A DNA stretch of 23,958 nucleotides from Ancylonema sp. Taxonomy: Eukaryota. Positions 19,744 through 23,958 of the stretch are shown here, piece by piece (within the stretch, counting starts at the first letter, position 1; every line of letters starts with the position of its first letter). The position numbers and the translations under genes are program-made. Below the pieces are notes generated by a model. The model had not been told where the DNA came from, did no database searches, and was given only the letters and a program-made list of their open reading frames with translations. The DNA is taken from positions 62,001-85,958 of the forward strand of contig JBFLGF010000075.1 of the NCBI GenBank assembly GCA_050230475.1, read 5' to 3'.

Positions 19744-22715
19744 TGTATGTATGTATGTATGTATGTATGTGTGTATGTATGTATGTATGTATGTATGCAT
19801 GTATGTATGTATGCATGTATGTATGTATGTATGTATGTGTGTATGTATGTATGTATGTATGTATGTATGTATGTGTGTATGTATGTATGTATGTATGTAT
19901 GTGTGTTCCGTAGAGGCCAAATATTACCCCCCCAATTTTGAAACGGCAATTGATTAAATCGTCCCCCCCCCCCCCTCCCCCCCTTGCTTATTCATAATTA
20001 ATAACTTTTTCCCATGACTTAACCTCCCCCTCTTGCATCGAGTTTATTTGTCCCGTCCCACACATGTCCAGATCCATGTCCATGTCATTGAATTCAATAT
20101 TGAGGATTTTGCCCGGCTGCCCGGGTTCAAAATGATAAGTTCTGCCCGCCATACGAATACATATATGGGACCCCTTCAGAGTTAATATTCAAAATGTACC
20201 GCTGCAAGTGGCAGTGGGAGATCTGAACTGCCCGCCATGGTATAACAAACGGAGGTGTCAACCATATGACGGGATGGCACGTGCCAAACGATGACGGACT
20301 GACATCCGTGCAGCATATCGTGACCCTGACACGTGCCATACGTGCCACATGTGCCACGTGTATGGTGCAACCATGGAATGATCAGTATTGAGGTTATCCC
20401 CCCTCCCTAGGGCCATAACCCGAGAATATAATTCATCTTCGGCCATATACTACCCCAACCCCATCCCCCCCACCCCAGATAATCGTTTATTTGGTGTTAT
20501 GTTCGGGCGCTACAGTATGTGTGTATGTATGTATGTATGTATGTATGTATGTATGTACATCTGAATGAATGTATCGATCTATACCCATCTGCATTTATAA
20601 ATTTCCTTGATGCATGTATTCATATATGCATGTTGGCATACATGCCAGTGCGGATATGTGTGTATGTTTGCATGTATGCATGTATGTATGTATGTATGTA
20701 TGTATGTATGCATGTATGCATGTGTGTGTGCATGTCTGTAATGTATGCTTAAATAAAGTGATGAACAAGTATGCACCCACATACATTGATGAGGTTGTGC
20801 ATGAGAACGAGCAGTCTGCAAAAGAAGGATGAGAGAGGAAGAGCACCCGAGACATTGATCCCAGGGGGCGGGGCCCACGCCTCCGATGCCCAAATTGATG
20901 AGCCAATAAGGAGCCTCCAGCTCCTCATGGCCCTCGAATGCCATTGGCTGTTTGGGAGGGTAGGCTCGCACCAAGGCGTCCAACGCAGAGCTGATCCACC
21001 CGTCAGGGTTAACCACCCTGGGGGGGGATGGGGGGTGGGGGGTGGGGGGTGGGGGGTTGGGGGGTTGAGGGGCAGGTTTGAAATATAATTTACACGGTTG
21101 TGATCCTGTAGGGATGGGTGATACGGATGATTGGAATTAGGAGGAATGCAGTGCTCATCATCATGTGGTTAGAATACTAATTCTTTATTATTGTTGTCAG
21201 AATTGGGGTAGGTTTTCTGGATGACGGTAGAATCTGGGCAATGGTACTCACCTTTCGATTTCGAATCGGTCTAAGTTGAGGAGGTCTAATTGAGGCCCTT
21301 TCCGCCCCCCAAACTCTGACGTGCAGCTACTGCCCAGGGCTACCACCGTCACCGCCTCTCTGTCCACAACCACCTGGAAGGGAAACAGACACTGATGGTC
21401 AATCCCCTCGTCTCCTCATGCCAGTCAACTGCCCGCCATGGTATAACAAACGGAGTTGTCAACCATATGACGGGATGGCACGTGCCAAACGATGACGGAC
21501 TGACATCCGTGCAGCATATCGTGACCCTGACACGTGCCATACGTGCCACATGTGCCACGTGTATGGTGCAACCATGGAATGATCAGTATTGAGGTTATCC
21601 CCCCTCCCTAGGGCCATAACCCGAGAATATAATTCATCTTCGGCCATATACTACCCCAACCCCATCCCCCCCACCCCAGATAATCGTTTATTTGGTGTTA
21701 TGTTCGGGCGCTACAGTATGTGTGTATGTATGTAAGCGCTGGTCATAAGGGTTGGTCATAAGGGTTGGCCCGCCACTGGGTGCTCTGGGGAGACTTGCGG
21801 ACAACCCTCGTTATGCATGTGTCTGTGGTTGTATGTTGGAGAATGCGAATGGTTAGAATACTAATTCTTTATTATTGTTGTCAGAATTGGGGTAGGTTTT
21901 CTGGATGACGGTAGAATCTGGGCAATGGTACTCACCTTTCGATTTCGAATCGGTCTAAGTTGAGGAGGTCTAATTGAGGCCCTTTCCGCCCCCCAAACTC
22001 TGACGTGCAGCTACTGCCCAGGGCTACCACCGTCACCGCCTCTCTGTCCACAACCACCTGGAAGGGAAACAGACACTGATGGTCAATCCCCTCGTCTCCT
22101 CATGCCAGTCATAAGCGCTGGTCATAAGGGTTGGTCATAAGGGTTGGCCCGCCACTGGGTGCTCTGGGGAGACTTGCGGACAACCCTCGTTATGCATGTG
22201 TCTGTGGTTGTATGTTGGAGAATGCGAATTGGATAGGACGATGCACATGTGTGCAGCGGAAATGACAAGTAGGTCGACCTGTGTCTGCTGCCACGTTTCA
22301 TCGGTACCTTGTGCAGAAATTGGTCCATGCGAAGCAGATCCCCCTCGTAAGCGACCCCCCTCCGCAATACCACCGAAGGCACCGTCGGTTTCCACCCGGG
22401 CATCAAATCCTGCTTGCTTGGCGCTGGAGGCGGACAGCTCGACACGTCACTGGCGCTCCTGCTAGTATGTGACTCAGACATGTCAACTTCGTCTCCGTAT
22501 TCGAGAGCTTCAGTTTCCAGCAGTCGATCGCTCGACCCCGAATAAACGGACGGTCCATCCAAGATCACCCCATACCTCTGAAACTGGCCGAATGCGAGCG
22601 TTAGCGTGAGCAGGAGGGCAAGTAGGAGGACCAGTAAAATGAAAACTCCGACTCGCCATGAGCTTGCCTGAGCACTGTTGAACGCTTGGCCGTGTCCCAT
22701 TGGGCGAACGGGCAT
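17645..22715 (-). CDS. Type II membrane-anchored SGNH/GDSL-fold protein (putative polysaccharide esterase or acyltransferase); ~498 codons visible, 3' end unresolved
   Basis: ATG at 22715 (GCTACCATG). Exons 22715-22308 (TM helix [41 protein letters not shown]), 22057-21936 or its twin 21373-21252 (VVALGSSCT, block I), 21017-20847 (INLGIGG, block II), 19466-19265 ([11 protein letters not shown], block III), 19118-18912 ([15 protein letters not shown]), 18146-18023 (DDMGLHP, block V) and 17905-17645 (...KPGLITWTE). All joins are GT-AG and in phase. Confidence 0.8.
18775..18902. repeat. ACCA/ACCG-based microsatellite including (CCGACCAGTCAA)n 12-mers
   Basis: Directly visible, adjacent to a donor site of the SGNH gene. 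Confidence 0.85.
19605..19906. repeat. (TATG)n microsatellite; resumes at 20516-20556 and ~20665-20730
   Basis: Directly visible. Confidence 0.95.
19908..20515. mobile_element. Putative degenerate Tc1/mariner(pogo)-type MITE inserted in a (TATG)n tract
   Basis: Left end CCGTAGAGGCCAAATATTACCCC versus reverse complement of the right end CTGTAGCGCCCGAACATAACACC (about 16/23). TA follows the right end, while the left flank is TT. (TATG)n lies on both sides. Confidence 0.5.
21166..22229. repeat. Complex near-identical local duplication Y-X'-Z'-Y'-Z containing two copies of SGNH exon 2
   Basis: Y 21166-21427 = 21850-22111 (262 bp). Z 21733-21850 = 22112-22229. X' 21427-21734 = 20226-20533, with one G/T difference seen (ggaggtgtc versus ggagttgtc). 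Confidence 0.95.
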
Positions 22716-23958
22716 GGTAGCACTCTGGGAAATATCTGCCACGATTTTTCCTAATGCGAAGCGATCACGGGTAAATCGTACGAGTGAGTATGTGCGCGTG
22801 AAGGTAAGGTCGCATTATGTGTATATGTGAATTCGTTACACTATTCTCATCGTGCCAGATAGATGGCTGGGTCTGCCCTGAGTGCAGCTAAGTGTTAATA
22901 AAAGTTGAACAAGCAGGCCTCGACTGTCGTTGCATGCACATTGTACATACTCCGAATTGTATTTCCTGCTCCTTGGCCTGCCTCGTTACGGCGAAAACAG
23001 AGGGCTTATCATCAATTTTACACAAAATACTCACCAGCACGGTTTGATGTCGGAAATTGTCACCAAATACATGTCACGCCGTGGTTTTTTTCGCGACTCT
23101 GTTGCAGGGCCAACGCGGAGTCGAGGACCACGGAACCACTGGCGGTGCCAAAATAATCGAACAAATACATGTACGGATGAAGTATCATCATGTGTACTCA
23201 ACACGAGCCAACTTCCCATTCTCCGTTGTCTATATCTACGAAAGTACAAAAATGTAATGATTGTGGCAGGAGGCCAACACATCCCTCTCTGGGGATTTGT
23301 ATCCGAACTGCATTAGTACTACAAGGCCATTGGTGGGGCTACACATGCTTCTACTTGGACCGAAATGGGAGCTACACGCATCTGAGGACGCAAATATTTT
23401 ATGAATGCTTCTTACTGTTAGGGTTTGATTCACGCCTGCATTACCGCCTCCCTGGCGCTTTGCTTCTTGAAGTCTGCGATTGGTATAGACATAGTCATAA
23501 TATAATAAAGATTTTAACCTCGACTACATTAGTCCTACTGACTCCATGCCAACCACCTGAATCGGCATAATTGCAATGTCAATCCGTGGGACAGCATTGT
23601 TGTGTCACGTCATCGCTGCACTCCATGCCCCCGGATGTCAAGAGCGCTTGCTAATTTAGGCGCCAATCCGTTAGCTACGTGGGAGCCATGGAGGTGACGA
23701 GAACGCCGATTCTTTCTTCGACCACTGCGCCTCTTCTGACGCCTTCGCAGGTGTTCAGGTCAGAGCCAAACGCAGGATTTAGAGATGAAAAGAAACAGTA
23801 ATTCAAACAAGCAGTTGTGTAGACTCCTTACACGAGCCTAAGCTGTCCATTATCTGCGCCCATGCAACCACTTCTGACTGTTGCCTGTCGATTGTTGCTT
23901 GCCTGTTCGGGGCTCAGCGCATTCACCGCGGTCATGTACGGATTCACCTCCTTGCTCA

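Noticed and set aside
19486..19957. MYVC/HTYI repeat ORFs
   Set aside because: (TATG)n microsatellite translations.
22905..23958. Short ORFs upstream of the SGNH gene
   Set aside because: No recognisable protein motif or consistent exon chain. A neighbouring gene's end near 23560-23958 cannot be excluded but is unsupported.

Overview
Eukaryotic nuclear DNA: intron-rich, microsatellite-laden and green-lineage. A streptophyte alga is inferred from the plant-type gene set and intron style, and this is not proven. I reconstructed the spliced genes by hand. (1) Two direct copies of an RZ-1-type glycine-rich RNA-binding gene (RRM + CCHC knuckle): a 3' part at 1-529 and a full-length copy at 10139-12012 whose first intron lacks a usable GT donor. 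(2) The first 7 exons of a KNS3-family (At4g16180-like) secretory protein gene on the minus strand (5968->2368), which stops shortly before a single N at 2134. (3) Four internal exons of a UAA/SLC35B-type nucleotide-sugar/PAPS transporter (16981->15332). (4) A membrane-anchored SGNH-fold protein gene (22715->17645, 3' end unresolved) whose exon 2 is duplicated inside a templated rearrangement. Intergenic and intronic space holds two related hAT-like MITEs, pogo/mariner-like remnants and many tandem repeats. Most ORFs in the supplied track are shadow or microsatellite ORFs. I found no convincing new biological system. The notable features are splice anomalies, gene fragmentation and duplication history, and some may be assembly artefacts. 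Homology calls come from recalled family sequences, not from database searches.
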